IMG/VR virus record: IMGVR_UViG_3300032893_000763 | Location: 29,769 to 93,768 of that record | Source of the DNA: a virus | Length of the DNA stretch: 64,000 nucleotides | Reading direction: 5' to 3' (one strand) | Shown: piece by piece, positions 26,127 to 36,906 of the stretch | How the letters are laid out: each line of letters opens with the position of its first letter | Position numbering within the stretch: the first letter of the stretch is position 1 | Program-made: the position numbers and the translations under genes | Notes under the pieces: model-generated | Told to the model about the DNA's origin: nothing | Database searches by the model: none | What the model saw: the letters and a program-made list of their open reading frames with translations, nothing else

Positions 26127-26606
26127 ATGCCGTCCGGCTTGCCCCCCATCTCACCCGCCGAGCTTACCCGCGACCTCATCACGCGGTACGGCGAGGTCAT
26201 CGTCAACGAGGGCTACACCGTCAAGGTCGGCCCGGCGAACGACACCGAGCAACAGGCGGGCGTCATCTCGCTCATGTCGGCGGGCCTGCCGATGATCGAG
26301 AAGTACGCCCCGCTCCAGTGGTACCGGGCGCAGGCGCGGTGTCTCGCGGGCGACCTCGCCACCGCCGACCTGCTCGCGCAGGCAGTGCAACGCGACGTGC
26401 ACGGGCGCGGACGCAGCCTGTGCTTCCAGACGGCGAACCCGGCGTACCCGGACGACACCGGCCAGTGGTTCCTCATCCACATGGCGAACATCACCGTCGG
26501 CCCGTCGATGCACTACGACTCGCCCGAGACGTGGGAGACGCTCATGTTCGCGGAGTTGATGATCGGGAACGTGCCGGTGGCGACCGGCCCCGAATACCCC
26601 TTCTAG
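26127..26606 (+). CDS. Tail terminator
   Basis: Position before the major tail protein; 159 aa. Confidence 0.6.
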   Translation: MPSGLPPISPAELTRDLITRYGEVIVNEGYTVKVGPANDTEQQAGVISLMSAGLPMIEKYAPLQWYRAQARCLAGDLATADLLAQAVQRDVHGRGRSLCFQTANPAYPDDTGQWFLIHMANITVGPSMHYDSPETWETLMFAELMIGNVPVATGPEYPF

Positions 26607-26647
26607 GGGATGCGCCCGGCGTATCGAGTACCGATACTCGATACATG
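26595..26647 (+). promoter_or_regulatory. Repeated promoter element, copy 9
   Basis: TACCCC-TTCT-AGGGGA, 21 bp, CGATACT, 6 bp, ATG26645. Confidence 0.8.
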
Positions 26648-26893
26648 AAGGCAATCACCCCGAAGGAGACGAACTCGATGGCACGCATGATGGACTTGCT
26701 CCCCTCCGGCGCAGGCAACTCGCTCGCGCTCGTTGACCTGATTCAGCGCCGCGTCCGCGAGTCGGACGCCCCCAACGCCGACACCGCGCTCAACGACCGG
26801 CTCGTGGGTTGCGCCCGGTACCTCGGCATCTCCGACGAGGACATCAAGGACGCACTTCTCTCCGATCAGATGCTCGTCATCTACGAGCCCTAG
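26645..26893 (+). CDS. Hypothetical early-type protein inserted in the tail operon
   Basis: Leaderless start at the element; MKAITPKETNS... Confidence 0.7.
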   Translation: MKAITPKETNSMARMMDLLPSGAGNSLALVDLIQRRVRESDAPNADTALNDRLVGCARYLGISDEDIKDALLSDQMLVIYEP

Positions 26894-26961
26894 ACCGCGC
26901 GGGCCGACAGTCCGCTAAGGACGGGAGAGGCAGGGGACTCGATAGTCCATCCCGTCGCCCG

Positions 26962-26983
26962 AGAGCCCCGCGAGAGCGGGGCT
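26962..26983. terminator. Hairpin between convergent genes
   Basis: GAGCCCCGC-GAGA-GCGGGGCTC. Confidence 0.6.
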
Positions 26984-27047
26984 CGTCGCGTCTTCCGGGG
27001 AACCTCGTGTGTTGCGTACACCCTTTTCCGGGGAACCCCGTCGCGTT

Positions 27048-27224
27048 CTATGCAGAAGACGACGGACGCCCCGGCCGACGCATCTCAACTCCGGCGGCGT
27101 GCAGATGCTTGAGCACCGTCGTGCGTGAGCAGCGCAGATGTCGAGCCGTCCGGCGTGTCGAGCCATAGAACGTGTACCACTTGATGATGAGCTTCGTGTG
27201 CTCGGGATCGAGGCTGCGCGGCAT
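27048..27224 (-). CDS. Small helix-turn-helix protein
   Basis: STRRTARHLRCSRTTVLKHL..GV.MR HTH; TACCAT-6nt-ATG start. Confidence 0.75.
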   Translation of the reverse strand: MPRSLDPEHTKLIIKWYTFYGSTRRTARHLRCSRTTVLKHLHAAGVEMRRPGRPSSSA

Positions 27225-27281
27225 GAGGAAATGGTACAGGAATGTCAGGCGGACGGGAGAGGGGGCTACCCTCTGTGTGAC

Positions 27282-27659
27282 ATGGCGACTCCGTACCCCA
27301 CGCAGCCCGACGACGCGGGCACCGCGCTTCTGTTCCCGCCGCACGACGGCGTGTACGCGGGCGATGTCTCGGCCCCGGATCTCTCGAAGGCCGCGTCGGC
27401 GCTGTACTTCGGTGACGAGTCCCGCTGGCCCGCGACGGACGGCGGCTCCATCGTGCCGCTCCCGACGCACATGGTGGACTCGCCGGACGCTGCGGCGCTC
27501 GCCAACTACATCGCGCAGAACCTCCCGCTCGGCGCGGCCGACACGTGGGGCCATCAGGCTGCCCCGGTCACGGAGCACGCTCCGTACGTGAACCCGGCCA
27601 ACTGCGTCGAGCCGGACGCCGTGTACGCACTCAACTGGCTGTACGACCACGCTCTCTAG
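27282..27659 (+). CDS. Hypothetical (virion-associated?) protein
   Basis: 125 aa directly before the major tail gene. Confidence 0.6.
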   Translation: MATPYPTQPDDAGTALLFPPHDGVYAGDVSAPDLSKAASALYFGDESRWPATDGGSIVPLPTHMVDSPDAAALANYIAQNLPLGAADTWGHQAAPVTEHAPYVNPANCVEPDAVYALNWLYDHAL

Positions 27660-27663
27660 GCCG

Positions 27664-28254
27664 ATGGCGAACACCGCCCCTTACGAGATCCTGGCCGGGC
27701 CGCTCGACGTGTACTTCTCGGCAACCGGCACCGCCTTCCCTGGCATCGGCGTCACGGACGAAGCGATCAAGGAGGGTGGTACCTGGACGTACGTCGGCTA
27801 CACCGAAGGGGGCGTGAAGGTGGCCCATCCCCAAACGATTGTCGAGTTGAGGGCGGATCAAGTCACAGGGCCTATCAAGGCCGTCCGCTCCGAGGAGGGC
27901 CTGGAGATCACCTTCGACCTGGCGAGTCTTACGCTCGAAAACTACGCTCTTGCGCTGAACCAGGCCATCGCAGGCCCGGACATCAGCACCCCCGGCGAGA
28001 AGTCGCTGCCGCTCTATCGCGGTGGCTTCCAGGTCGAGACGCTCTCGCTCCTCTGCCGCCAGGGCCATCTCTCGCCGTACGGCGACGAGGCGCTCCAGTT
28101 CGAGGTTCCGGTTTGCTTCAACGAGGGCAGCCCGGAGGACACCTTCACGAAGGACAACAAGGCCGTTTTGTCTGTGAGTTTTCACGCCTTGGTCGATCCG
28201 AACCGTTCGAGCGACACCGAGGCGTTCGGTCGCGTCCGCGCGGCCACCCCGTAA
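27664..28254 (+). CDS. Major tail protein
   Basis: ILAGPLDVY..VGYTEGGV..ADQ..ITFDLA..TLEN siphovirus MTP pattern. Confidence 0.85.
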   Translation: MANTAPYEILAGPLDVYFSATGTAFPGIGVTDEAIKEGGTWTYVGYTEGGVKVAHPQTIVELRADQVTGPIKAVRSEEGLEITFDLASLTLENYALALNQAIAGPDISTPGEKSLPLYRGGFQVETLSLLCRQGHLSPYGDEALQFEVPVCFNEGSPEDTFTKDNKAVLSVSFHALVDPNRSSDTEAFGRVRAATP

Positions 28255-28299
28255 CCACCCACCCCTAGCCCGCGAGGGCAACGACGGAGGCACGGCCAC

Positions 28300-28479
28300 T
28301 TGGCGCAGCCCGACCACATCGAGATCAACGCCACTCCGGCACGGAGACTCGTCAAGCGGGCGATGCGCGACCTGGACGAGGCCAACAAGGAACTCGCCCG
28401 GCTCGAAGCTCGGGTGCAGGAGTTGGAGGCTCGGCTCGCAGCCGAGTACGGCATCTCGATCATCAAGGAGAAGACATGA
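28300..28479 (+). CDS. Small coiled-coil protein
   Basis: SD GGAGG, TTG start, ATGA overlap with the next gene. Confidence 0.55.
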   Translation: MAQPDHIEINATPARRLVKRAMRDLDEANKELARLEARVQELEARLAAEYGISIIKEKT

Positions 28480-28835
28480 CGGACTACGCACTCAGCTTCA
28501 CCACTTCCCTCTCGCCCACCAAGAAGTTCCTCGTGGACGGCGAGGAGTTCGACCTGCTCGGGCTCGACCATCTCTCCGACGAGGAGGAGGCCGAGGTCAT
28601 GGCGCTGTTCGCGCGGTTCAACCTGCTCCAGGAGGAACTCGCCATGACGGCGAACGTCGAGAAGGGCAAGGGCGTGGCCGCGAAGATCCAGACGGCGCGG
28701 CTCGCCATCGTCTGCAAGCTCACGTCCCTCACGCCCGAGGTCGCCGCGAAGCTCTCGCTGCCGCAGGTGACGAAGCTCATGGAAACCATCGAGGCAGAGA
28801 TCGAGGCGAAGGTCGAGTCCGAGGGTGGCGAGTAA
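28476..28835 (+). CDS. Tail assembly chaperone (G-like)
   Basis: Between MTP and tape measure. Confidence 0.7.
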   Translation: MTDYALSFTTSLSPTKKFLVDGEEFDLLGLDHLSDEEEAEVMALFARFNLLQEELAMTANVEKGKGVAAKIQTARLAIVCKLTSLTPEVAAKLSLPQVTKLMETIEAEIEAKVESEGGE

Positions 28836-29151
28836 GCGAGTCACCCTCCGGGACTACCCGCGTCTGACGCGGTTCTACGGCATCCCGCCGAAGGACTTGG
28901 CGCGGATGCCCAAGGCGCTCGTACGCATCTACGCCGAGGAGCTTCCGATCCTCCAGGCCGAGGAGATGCTGCTCGCCTTCCTGGCGTCCGAGATGCCCTA
29001 CCTCGACACGAAGGAGCACCACCGGATCAAGGCCCGGTTCATGTTCCTCGCAGGGATCGAGGAGGAGGTCGAGCGTCTCGATCCGAACAGCGACGAGGGC
29101 AAGGCCAAGGCGGCGGCTCTCGGTATCGGCGTCAACACCGACCGGGGATAG
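28825..29151 (+). CDS. Tail assembly chaperone (T-like)
   Basis: Overlaps the previous gene; LTRFYGIPP.DL..MP motif. Confidence 0.65.
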   Translation: MASKRVTLRDYPRLTRFYGIPPKDLARMPKALVRIYAEELPILQAEEMLLAFLASEMPYLDTKEHHRIKARFMFLAGIEEEVERLDPNSDEGKAKAAALGIGVNTDRG

Positions 29152-29163
29152 AGTCCTAGTACG

Positions 29164-31539
29164 ATGCCCGAACTCGGCAAGGCCACATACGAACTCATCT
29201 TCAACACGTCGCAGGTGGCGAAGATGGCACAGGCCGAGGCCGTCGTGGTGGACACGACGGACTCGATGGCGTCTGCGACCGCCGAGGCCGACGCCACGTT
29301 CGCGCGGCTCGGCGCTCAGACGGGCGTCATGGCCCGCGACCTGGAGGCGAGTCTCGGCGCGGCTGCCGAGGCGTCCAACGCCTTCGCCGCTGCCACCGAG
29401 CGAGCGGCTGCTCGCGCGGGCATGGCCGTGAAGACGGCGACGGCAGAGTCAGAGGGTGCCATCGCTCGCTTCGGGAAGATCGGCGGCGGCATGGGGCAGA
29501 TGCTCGGGCTCGGCGCGGCGTACTTCTTCGTCAAGGGCGGGCTCGACTGGATGAAGTCCGCACAGCAAGGGTGGCTCGGGATCAAGAACGCGATCCAGGC
29601 GACCGGCGGGGTGGCGGGCGTCACCGCGCAGGATGCCTCGAAGCTCTCCGATCAGATCACCAACCTGACCGGCAACACCCGTGGGGCGAACTTGCAGATG
29701 GAGCAGATGCTCCTCCGCTTCGACAACCTGCGCAACATGGGCACGTCCAAGACCAACATCTTCGACCGGGCCGGAATGATGGTCGAGAACATCGCCACGG
29801 TCACGCAGCGCAGCACGCGGATGATCGCGCTCGCGCTCGGCAAGACCCTGCAAGACCCGGCCAACAACCTGAACTCGCTCGGCCGTGCGGGCATCCGCTT
29901 CAACAAGACGCAACAGGACATGGTGAAGAACATCCAGGCGGGCACGCAGTCCTTCCAGGGGTACACCGGAGTCCTCGGTGCGCAGCTTTACGTCCTCCAA
30001 CAGCTTCACCGCTACAACGGTGCGGCTGCCGCGCAGGAGGGCTCGCTCACGGTGCAGTGGAACAAGGCCAAGGACGCCATCGACAAGTCGGCGGCGTCGA
30101 TCCTCAAGGGCTTCCTGCCGACGCTCATAAGTCTCGGCCGCAACCTGGCGAGCGTGGCGGGCCTGCTCGCGCACCACACAACGCTGCTCAAGGATCTCAT
30201 CGAGGCGTACGTGCTGGCGAAGGGCGCGGCGTTCGCGTTCAACACCGCGATGAAGCTCGGCAACCTGCTCACCACGATCACGTCCCTCGGGAAGCTCAAG
30301 ACGGCGCTGTTCGGTGTTCGTGCGGCGGAGACGGCGACCGCTGGAGAGGCGGGCGCGATGGATGCGGCGATGCTCGCCAACCCCGTCGGCGCTATCCTCA
30401 TCGGCCTCGCCGCCCTTGGCGCGGGCTTCTACGAACTCTACAAGCACGTCAAGGCCGTGCGCGACATGGCGAACGCCACGTGGGACACGCTCAAGCATGG
30501 CGCGAAGATCGTCACGGGCGGCGGCATGAAGAACCCGCTCAACTGGCTGCCGGGCCTCGGCAAGTACATCGGCAACGAGACGTACAACGCGGTCAACGGT
30601 AAGGACAACACCCCGAGCAGCGCAGGCACCGGCCTCTCCCCGAAGTTCATCGCACAGCTTCGTGCACGGTATCAGGCGTGGATCGCAGGAGGCGTCCCGA
30701 CCAAGGACGCGATCCAGTCGCTCATGAACATGTACCCCGGACTCACCGAGACGGACGTGTCCGTCATCACTGGAGCGAAGCACGCCGAGATGCACAAGGG
30801 TGCGCGGAAGAAGCCGAAGCCCCCGCACACGCCGAGCAACAACCTGCTTACGAACACGAGTGGGAACTTCCTCTCCCCACAGTTGCAGCTTGCCGAGGCC
30901 AAGGCAGGATTCACCAAGTCCACCAAGGACGACATCGCGGTGTGGAAGCAGGAGGAGACGTATCTGTTCAACCTGCTCAAGACGAAGAAGCTGAGCATGG
31001 CGACCAAGACGGCACTCTGGACGCAGTTGGATTCGATCCAGGCGAACATCGAGAACGCACAGAAGGCGCTTGCGAAGAAGCTCGGCAAGTACACCGGGCT
31101 CGTCCCGCTGCCGATGGCCGAGGCGTATCAGAAGGCGCTCCAGGACAACAACCTCAAGAAGCAGATCGCCGTGCTCAAGCAGGAGGAGACGTACCTCCAG
31201 AAGCTCGTCAACGCCCACAAGCTCCACGGGGCCAAGCAGCTTGCGGCGATGAAGGAACTCACCAAGGTGAAGAAGGATCTCGCGGCGGCGATCAAGAAGG
31301 AGGCCAACGCTCAGGACGCGACCAAGAATGAGTTGCAGGCGTTCATGGACACCCGTGGGTCGTTCTTCTCCGAGTTCGCGTCGAGTGTCTTCCACGCAGG
31401 CCCGAACGGGATGGAGACGGGCTCGGCGTCCACTGCGGCGATCACGAAGAACATCAGTCAGACCAACCACTTCAACGAGATGCCCAAGGATCGCTTCGCG
31501 CTCGGGCGCGAGATGGCCCGTGCGGCGGCGGCGGTGTAA
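29164..31539 (+). CDS. Tape measure protein
   Basis: 791 aa, Ala/Gly-rich helical; ALGKTLQDP..L.RAGI.F, ANPVG motifs. Confidence 0.9.
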   Translation: MPELGKATYELIFNTSQVAKMAQAEAVVVDTTDSMASATAEADATFARLGAQTGVMARDLEASLGAAAEASNAFAAATERAAARAGMAVKTATAESEGAIARFGKIGGGMGQMLGLGAAYFFVKGGLDWMKSAQQGWLGIKNAIQATGGVAGVTAQDASKLSDQITNLTGNTRGANLQMEQMLLRFDNLRNMGTSKTNIFDRAGMMVENIATVTQRSTRMIALALGKTLQDPANNLNSLGRAGIRFNKTQQDMVKNIQAGTQSFQGYTGVLGAQLYVLQQLHRYNGAAAAQEGSLTVQWNKAKDAIDKSAASILKGFLPTLISLGRNLASVAGLLAHHTTLLKDLIEAYVLAKGAAFAFNTAMKLGNLLTTITSLGKLKTALFGVRAAETATAGEAGAMDAAMLANPVGAILIGLAALGAGFYELYKHVKAVRDMANATWDTLKHGAKIVTGGGMKNPLNWLPGLGKYIGNETYNAVNGKDNTPSSAGTGLSPKFIAQLRARYQAWIAGGVPTKDAIQSLMNMYPGLTETDVSVITGAKHAEMHKGARKKPKPPHTPSNNLLTNTSGNFLSPQLQLAEAKAGFTKSTKDDIAVWKQEETYLFNLLKTKKLSMATKTALWTQLDSIQANIENAQKALAKKLGKYTGLVPLPMAEAYQKALQDNNLKKQIAVLKQEETYLQKLVNAHKLHGAKQLAAMKELTKVKKDLAAAIKKEANAQDATKNELQAFMDTRGSFFSEFASSVFHAGPNGMETGSASTAAITKNISQTNHFNEMPKDRFALGREMARAAAAV

Positions 31540-31542
31540 AGC

Positions 31543-32496
31543 GTGGACATCGGAATCCCCATGAGCCTCTACACTCCCCTCGGGGAGATCGTGTTCAACG
31601 ACCTCTCGGGTGACGCGACGAGCGCGAGCCTCGCTGGCCTCGGCGGCAATATCTGGCCCGGCCCCGGCGTCGTGCCCGCGTCCGTCTCGGCGGGGTGGAA
31701 CGCCACCGGACTCCCGGCGGGCAACGGCTACCTCATGCAGTTCGCGTCCGGGATGCACGGCGGCGCGGTGCGCAACCCGGTGGACAACCGGCCGCACAAG
31801 CACGGCGGCATCATTCACAAGTTCTACTCCGGCCCCAAGTATTTCACCCTCCAGGGCCTCGTGGTCGGGGACACGCCGGAGATCCGCCAGGTGCTCTACG
31901 ACTACCTGGCCGGGTGGGTCTTCTCCGCGATGCAGACGGACTGCCGCTTCTTCTTCAAGCCTCCGGGCCAGGCCACTCGCTTCAAGACGGTGCGCAACTA
32001 CGATGCCACCGAGATCGTCGGCCCGCAGGGTACGGCGGGCGCATCGCCGGACAACATCGCAGCGCCGAAGGAGTACACCGCGCAGTTCGTCTCGGTCAAC
32101 CCGTTCTCGTACACGTACAGCGAGCGTGACAACGGCGTCTACGAAGACGTGCCCACGATCTACGGCGGCGGCTCGGTGTTCATCCCGAACGAAGGCACCG
32201 CCGACACCTGGCCGGTCATCGAGGTCTACGCCCCGCCGTCGTCCAGCTTCCTCGCATCCTTCACGCTCGACAACGGCACGTACCAAGTCGAGTGGGCGGG
32301 CAACGTCGCCCACGGCCACTACGTCGAGGTTGACATGTTCAACGAGACGATGTATATGGACGGGAACTCGACCAACGAACTCGGTGGGCTCAACGATCAG
32401 TCCGACTTCTGGAGCATCCCTCCGGGCGGGTGCACGGTGTCCGTCACCCCCGGTGCCCATCACATCGTGGTCAAGTCCAACGACGCTTGGGTCTAA
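31543..32496 (+). CDS. Distal tail protein (Dit)
   Basis: Follows TMP; NPFSY, NEGTADTWPVI, FWSIPPG. Confidence 0.8.
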   Translation: MDIGIPMSLYTPLGEIVFNDLSGDATSASLAGLGGNIWPGPGVVPASVSAGWNATGLPAGNGYLMQFASGMHGGAVRNPVDNRPHKHGGIIHKFYSGPKYFTLQGLVVGDTPEIRQVLYDYLAGWVFSAMQTDCRFFFKPPGQATRFKTVRNYDATEIVGPQGTAGASPDNIAAPKEYTAQFVSVNPFSYTYSERDNGVYEDVPTIYGGGSVFIPNEGTADTWPVIEVYAPPSSSFLASFTLDNGTYQVEWAGNVAHGHYVEVDMFNETMYMDGNSTNELGGLNDQSDFWSIPPGGCTVSVTPGAHHIVVKSNDAWV

Positions 32497-32499
32497 GCC

Positions 32500-33708
32500 G
32501 TGGGCTCCCCGATCTACGCACCCGTAGAGTGGCGGTTCACGATCATGGCCCCGGTCGGCGCGGGCTCGTGGAAGAAGGTGTCGATCCTCACCCATCTCGC
32601 GGACAACATCGAGCTTCTCTATCAGTTGAACCGGAGCGCCATGCTCACGTTCACCGTCCCGAGCGACCATCCGCAGGTGAACATCCCGCACACGGACGGG
32701 CTCCCGTACCTCGCGGCTGGCCCGCGTTGGGTGCTCGGGTGGCGCAAGTCTCCCTCCTCGCTCGCTCCGTCTCCGGGTGGGTGGGAGTTGAAGTACGCCG
32801 GACGTGTGTGGTCGGTGCAGGATCAGGGCGACGGCGACACGTCGAAGACGATGGTCACGTGCTTCGACGCACTCAAGCACCTGGAGAAGCGCATCGTGCG
32901 CTCGGCCGACGGCGACTTCCGCAAGCAGGTGCGGTGGTGGGGCTCGCCGCGCGGAGATGCGACCTACGACTCCATCATCCTCGACATGATCGAGCGCACG
33001 CAGACGCTCGTCGGCACCTGCCGCATCGACACGACGGGCGGGCATTGGGTCACGTGCGGCGAGTCCACCGTCGGCTTCGATCAGGCGTACGTTCTGCCGT
33101 CGATCATCCGGCTCACGGACACCGGCAACATCGACCTCGACCCGACGCCGCTCGACGGCTCCGACAACGACTTCCTCCGCCTCGGCGCACTCCCCCGCCT
33201 CGGGACGGACAAGCCGAGCATCATCCTCGGCTACGCTGCGCCTCCGCGCCGCGCAGTCAACTTCGACCGGACGACGACGCTCGACAACCTGGCGAACTCC
33301 GTCTACCTGTTCGGCAAGTCGAACAAGGGGCACTTGGTCAATCAGTTCGACGCGGACTCGCAGGCGATCTACGACATCTTCGAGGACGTAACGGTCGTGT
33401 CCAACGTGGAGCACGTTGACCTGCTCACGGCACTGGCCGAGGAGGAGATTTTCCTGCGCAAGTCGCCGCACGATCTCGTGTCCATCACGCCGACCCCCGA
33501 GGACTCGCCGCGCTTCTTCAACGAGTACGGCATCGGAGACTCGATCTACCTCAAGGCGTCCAAGCCCGCGACCGGCACGACGTTCCCCGACACCCGTGAC
33601 ACGCTCTCCGGGCTCCAGCGGGTCTACGGTGCGAAGCTCAGCGTGAGCACGGAGTACGGCGAGGCCGTCTCGGAGCTTGTCGCCTCTGCACAGGCGGAGT
33701 CGAGCTAA
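32500..33708 (+). CDS. Minor tail protein (Tal/hub-like)
   Basis: Position; LNRSA.LTF, YAGRVW, YGIGDSI. Confidence 0.75.
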   Translation: MGSPIYAPVEWRFTIMAPVGAGSWKKVSILTHLADNIELLYQLNRSAMLTFTVPSDHPQVNIPHTDGLPYLAAGPRWVLGWRKSPSSLAPSPGGWELKYAGRVWSVQDQGDGDTSKTMVTCFDALKHLEKRIVRSADGDFRKQVRWWGSPRGDATYDSIILDMIERTQTLVGTCRIDTTGGHWVTCGESTVGFDQAYVLPSIIRLTDTGNIDLDPTPLDGSDNDFLRLGALPRLGTDKPSIILGYAAPPRRAVNFDRTTTLDNLANSVYLFGKSNKGHLVNQFDADSQAIYDIFEDVTVVSNVEHVDLLTALAEEEIFLRKSPHDLVSITPTPEDSPRFFNEYGIGDSIYLKASKPATGTTFPDTRDTLSGLQRVYGAKLSVSTEYGEAVSELVASAQAESS

Positions 33709-35756
33709 TGGCGCAGAACCAGCGCAGGACGACCGTCCACACGAAGGTGTGGGGCGAGCACGACACCCGTATTCGCGGTGTGGAGACTCGCGCCGACGGC
33801 GAGTGGATCTACGTCGGCACGTACCCCGGCGACGACAACACGACGCCGGACTCTCCTCCGTTCGAGAACGGGTGGGCGAACATCGGCTCGGGCAACGTGC
33901 CGCTGCGCTTCCGCTGGCTCCTCTCGGGCACCATCGAGATCGAGGGCGAGATCAGCGGCGGCTCCGTCGGCACGGTGGTCTTCACGCTCCCCATCGGCTT
34001 CCGCCCGGACTACAAGCAGCACCCCGTCGGCGGCGACGGCTTCGACAACTTCATCCTGTGGGAGGTCGATACCGACGGCTCCGTGTCCATCGTCGGCCAC
34101 GGCTCGACCGGCCCCACAGGCCCCACCGGCTCGGTAGGCCCGGCCGGAGCCACAGGCCCGGCGGGCGCGACCGGCCCTACCGGCCCTACGGGGCCGAGCG
34201 GCCCGAGCGGCTCTCCGGGTGGCCCCACGGGGCCGACCGGGCCGACCGGGCCGAGTGGTTCTCCGGGCGCAGCGGGAGCCACCGGGCCGACTGGCCCGAC
34301 CGGCCCCTCGGGATCTCCTGGAGGCCCGACTGGCCCGACCGGCCCCGTCGGGAACACCGGCCCGACTGGCCCCTCTGGCCCCTCTGGCCCCTCCGGCCCC
34401 TCTGGCCCCTCCGGCCCGGCAGGACTCGACGGGCTCGATGGCCGCGACGGCGCGACCGGCCCGACCGGCCCGACGGGCTCGACCGGGCCTGTAGGCGCAA
34501 CGGGGCCGATCGGCGGCACAGGAGGCACAGGAGGTACCGGCGGCACAGGAGGTACCGGCGGTACCGGCGGCGTCGGCGCAACTGGCCCCGGCGGCGCGGG
34601 CAGTGTCGGAGCAACCGGCCCGACGGGCGCAACCGGCCCGATGGGTCTGCCCGGCACTGACGGCAATCCGGGGGCGACAGGCGCGACGGGCGCAACTGGC
34701 CCAGGCGTTACAACCAACATCACCACGTTCACGACTGCCTCGACCGGCGCAACCGGTTCGGGCGCGACGTGGAACAAGCCCGCTGGAGTCACGGTCGTCA
34801 AGGTCATCTGCATCGGTGGAGGCGGAGGCGGGGGCTGCGGATCCAAGGCGGCGTCATCACGGTCAGGGGGCGCAGGCGGTGGCGGCGGAGCGTACAGCGA
34901 GAAGGTGTTCCGGGCATCTGACCTTGGTGCGACAGAACTCGTCATTGTCGGCGCCGGAGGTGCGGGCGGTACCTTCGCTGGCACCCCGGGCGGTACGTCA
35001 GGAGGGAACTCGTACTTCGGTGCGACCGGCTCTCCCGCGAAGGAGATGGCTGGTGGCGGTGGCGGAGGCTACGGTGCAACTGGCTCGGCGACTAGCCCAA
35101 CGGGTGGAGGTGGCGGAGGCACTGCTACCGCCGGTTGTACTGGCGGAGCAAACGCGGCCGGTGGCGGCGGCGGCGGCCCGTTCATGCAGACCGCGAGCAC
35201 CAATGGTGCGAATGGCGGAGGTAACAACACGATGGCAAGCGCCGGGCAAGGCGGTGGGGGGTCGGCGGGCGCACAGAACGGTGGCTACGCTGAGAACGGC
35301 GGCGGAGGCGGCGGAGGCGGGGGCACCTCATCTACTGCCACTGGTGGTCCTGGCGGAAAGTCCCTCAATGGCGCGGGAGGTGGCGGCGGAGGCGGTGGCG
35401 CGACCGCTGCGACCGGCGCGGGTGGCGCGGGCGGAACGAGCGGAGCGGCCTGCGGGGTTCCCACTATCACGGGCACCGGCAGCATGGCATCCGGATCAGG
35501 CGCGGGTGGTGGACAGGCCGGAGGCGTATTCGCGGCGAGCGGTACGAACAATGGTACTGACGGGACAAGCAATCCCGAAGGACTTTGCGGAAATGGCGGC
35601 GGCGGCGGTGGCGCATCCGATACAGCGGCTGGCGGTCATGGTGGCAAGGGGGGCGCATACGGTGGTGGAGGCGGCGGAGGCGGCTCGTCTAACTCGGGCA
35701 CTCCCGGAGCGGGAGGCACGGGCGGCGATGGTGTCGTCATCGTGATAAGCTGGTAG
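33708..35756 (+). CDS. Tail fibre: collagen (GPT/GAT/GPS) region plus Gly-rich domain
   Basis: Long uninterrupted Gly-X-Y run; [25 protein letters not shown] Gly-rich domain. Confidence 0.85.
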   Translation: MAQNQRRTTVHTKVWGEHDTRIRGVETRADGEWIYVGTYPGDDNTTPDSPPFENGWANIGSGNVPLRFRWLLSGTIEIEGEISGGSVGTVVFTLPIGFRPDYKQHPVGGDGFDNFILWEVDTDGSVSIVGHGSTGPTGPTGSVGPAGATGPAGATGPTGPTGPSGPSGSPGGPTGPTGPTGPSGSPGAAGATGPTGPTGPSGSPGGPTGPTGPVGNTGPTGPSGPSGPSGPSGPSGPAGLDGLDGRDGATGPTGPTGSTGPVGATGPIGGTGGTGGTGGTGGTGGTGGVGATGPGGAGSVGATGPTGATGPMGLPGTDGNPGATGATGATGPGVTTNITTFTTASTGATGSGATWNKPAGVTVVKVICIGGGGGGGCGSKAASSRSGGAGGGGGAYSEKVFRASDLGATELVIVGAGGAGGTFAGTPGGTSGGNSYFGATGSPAKEMAGGGGGGYGATGSATSPTGGGGGGTATAGCTGGANAAGGGGGGPFMQTASTNGANGGGNNTMASAGQGGGGSAGAQNGGYAENGGGGGGGGGTSSTATGGPGGKSLNGAGGGGGGGGATAATGAGGAGGTSGAACGVPTITGTGSMASGSGAGGGQAGGVFAASGTNNGTDGTSNPEGLCGNGGGGGGASDTAAGGHGGKGGAYGGGGGGGGSSNSGTPGAGGTGGDGVVIVISW

Positions 35757-35757
35757 C

Positions 35758-36906
35758 GTGAAGCGGAAGCGGCTCCACGTCGTTGGTCTTCCTTGGACAC
35801 AAGTCACGCGCGAGTACCTCCACTGCGCGTACACGCAGAAGCTCCTGAAGTTCTGTGACATGATGTCGAGGGAGTACGAAGTCATCTTGTACTCCGCCGG
35901 AAGCGGATGCGATGCGACTTGCGCTGAGCACGTTATCGTGATGAGCGACGATGAGCAGCGCGCGCACTACGGAGAGTGGGACGCGAACAATCTCTTCGGC
36001 AACATCGACTGGGACACGATGACGCCAGCGTGGATTTCGTTCAATGCAAGCGCCACATACCAGATCAACGAGCGCCGCGATAAGCGCGACTTCCTCTGCT
36101 TGCTCACCGGCGCACAGAAGCCCATCGCGGACATGCTGGAAACCCTCGTTCTGCCCGTGGAGTGGGCCGTCGGGTATGAGGGCATCGCCACACCGTTCCG
36201 CGTGTTCGAGTCGTACGCCTGGATGCATCACGTCTACGGCCTGGCTGGAATCAAGGACGGGCTCTCATTCGATGCGGTGATCCCGAACTTCTTCGATCCA
36301 GCAGACTTCCCGCACGTCCGCGCAGGACGCGGCGGGGACTACCTCCTCTTCATGGGACGACTCGTGCAGCGGAAGGGGCTGACCGTCGCATCCCTGATCG
36401 CGGAGCGTGTGGGGATGCCGCTCTATGTCGTCGGCCCCGGGGCGACCGAGGGACGAGACGGCTACGTCTCCGCACCGGAGGTTACGATTGAAGGAGAACA
36501 CATCCGCTACATCGGCCCAGTCGGACGAGAGCAGCGCGCGGAGCTACTGGCTGGCGCCGCAGTGACGCTCGTACCGACGCAGTACATCGAGCCCTTCGGT
36601 GGCGTCGCTGTCGAAGCGATGATGTCGGGCTGCCCCGTCGTTACCACTGATTGGGGCGCGTTCACGGAGACAGTGCAGGAGGGCGTGTCAGGCTATCGAT
36701 TCCGCACGCTGGGAGAGGCAGCCCGCGCAGTCGAGTTGTCCATCGACCTCGACTCTGAAGTCGTTCGCCAGTACGCGCTCGACCGCTACTCGCTCGATGC
36801 CGTGTTCCCGAGGTTTGACGCGCACTTCCAACGGCTCTCGTCTCTCTGGACGACATGGGACGGCGAGTTGGAAGGGGCTGCGCGCGTGGACGGTTGGTAT
36901 GCCTGA
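35758..36906 (+). CDS. Glycosyltransferase (GT4-like)
   Basis: LFMGRLVQRKG, EPFGGVAVEAMMSGCPVVTTDWGAF. Confidence 0.92.
   Translation: MKRKRLHVVGLPWTQVTREYLHCAYTQKLLKFCDMMSREYEVILYSAGSGCDATCAEHVIVMSDDEQRAHYGEWDANNLFGNIDWDTMTPAWISFNASATYQINERRDKRDFLCLLTGAQKPIADMLETLVLPVEWAVGYEGIATPFRVFESYAWMHHVYGLAGIKDGLSFDAVIPNFFDPADFPHVRAGRGGDYLLFMGRLVQRKGLTVASLIAERVGMPLYVVGPGATEGRDGYVSAPEVTIEGEHIRYIGPVGREQRAELLAGAAVTLVPTQYIEPFGGVAVEAMMSGCPVVTTDWGAFTETVQEGVSGYRFRTLGEAARAVELSIDLDSEVVRQYALDRYSLDAVFPRFDAHFQRLSSLWTTWDGELEGAARVDGWYA

Noticed and set aside
29449-33471. 1340-aa minus-strand ORF and similar long antisense ORFs (2531-4240, 37888-39969, 58108-59898, 61540-63519)
   Set aside because: Shadow ORFs opposite well-supported genes; expected in high-GC3 DNA, with no recognisable motifs
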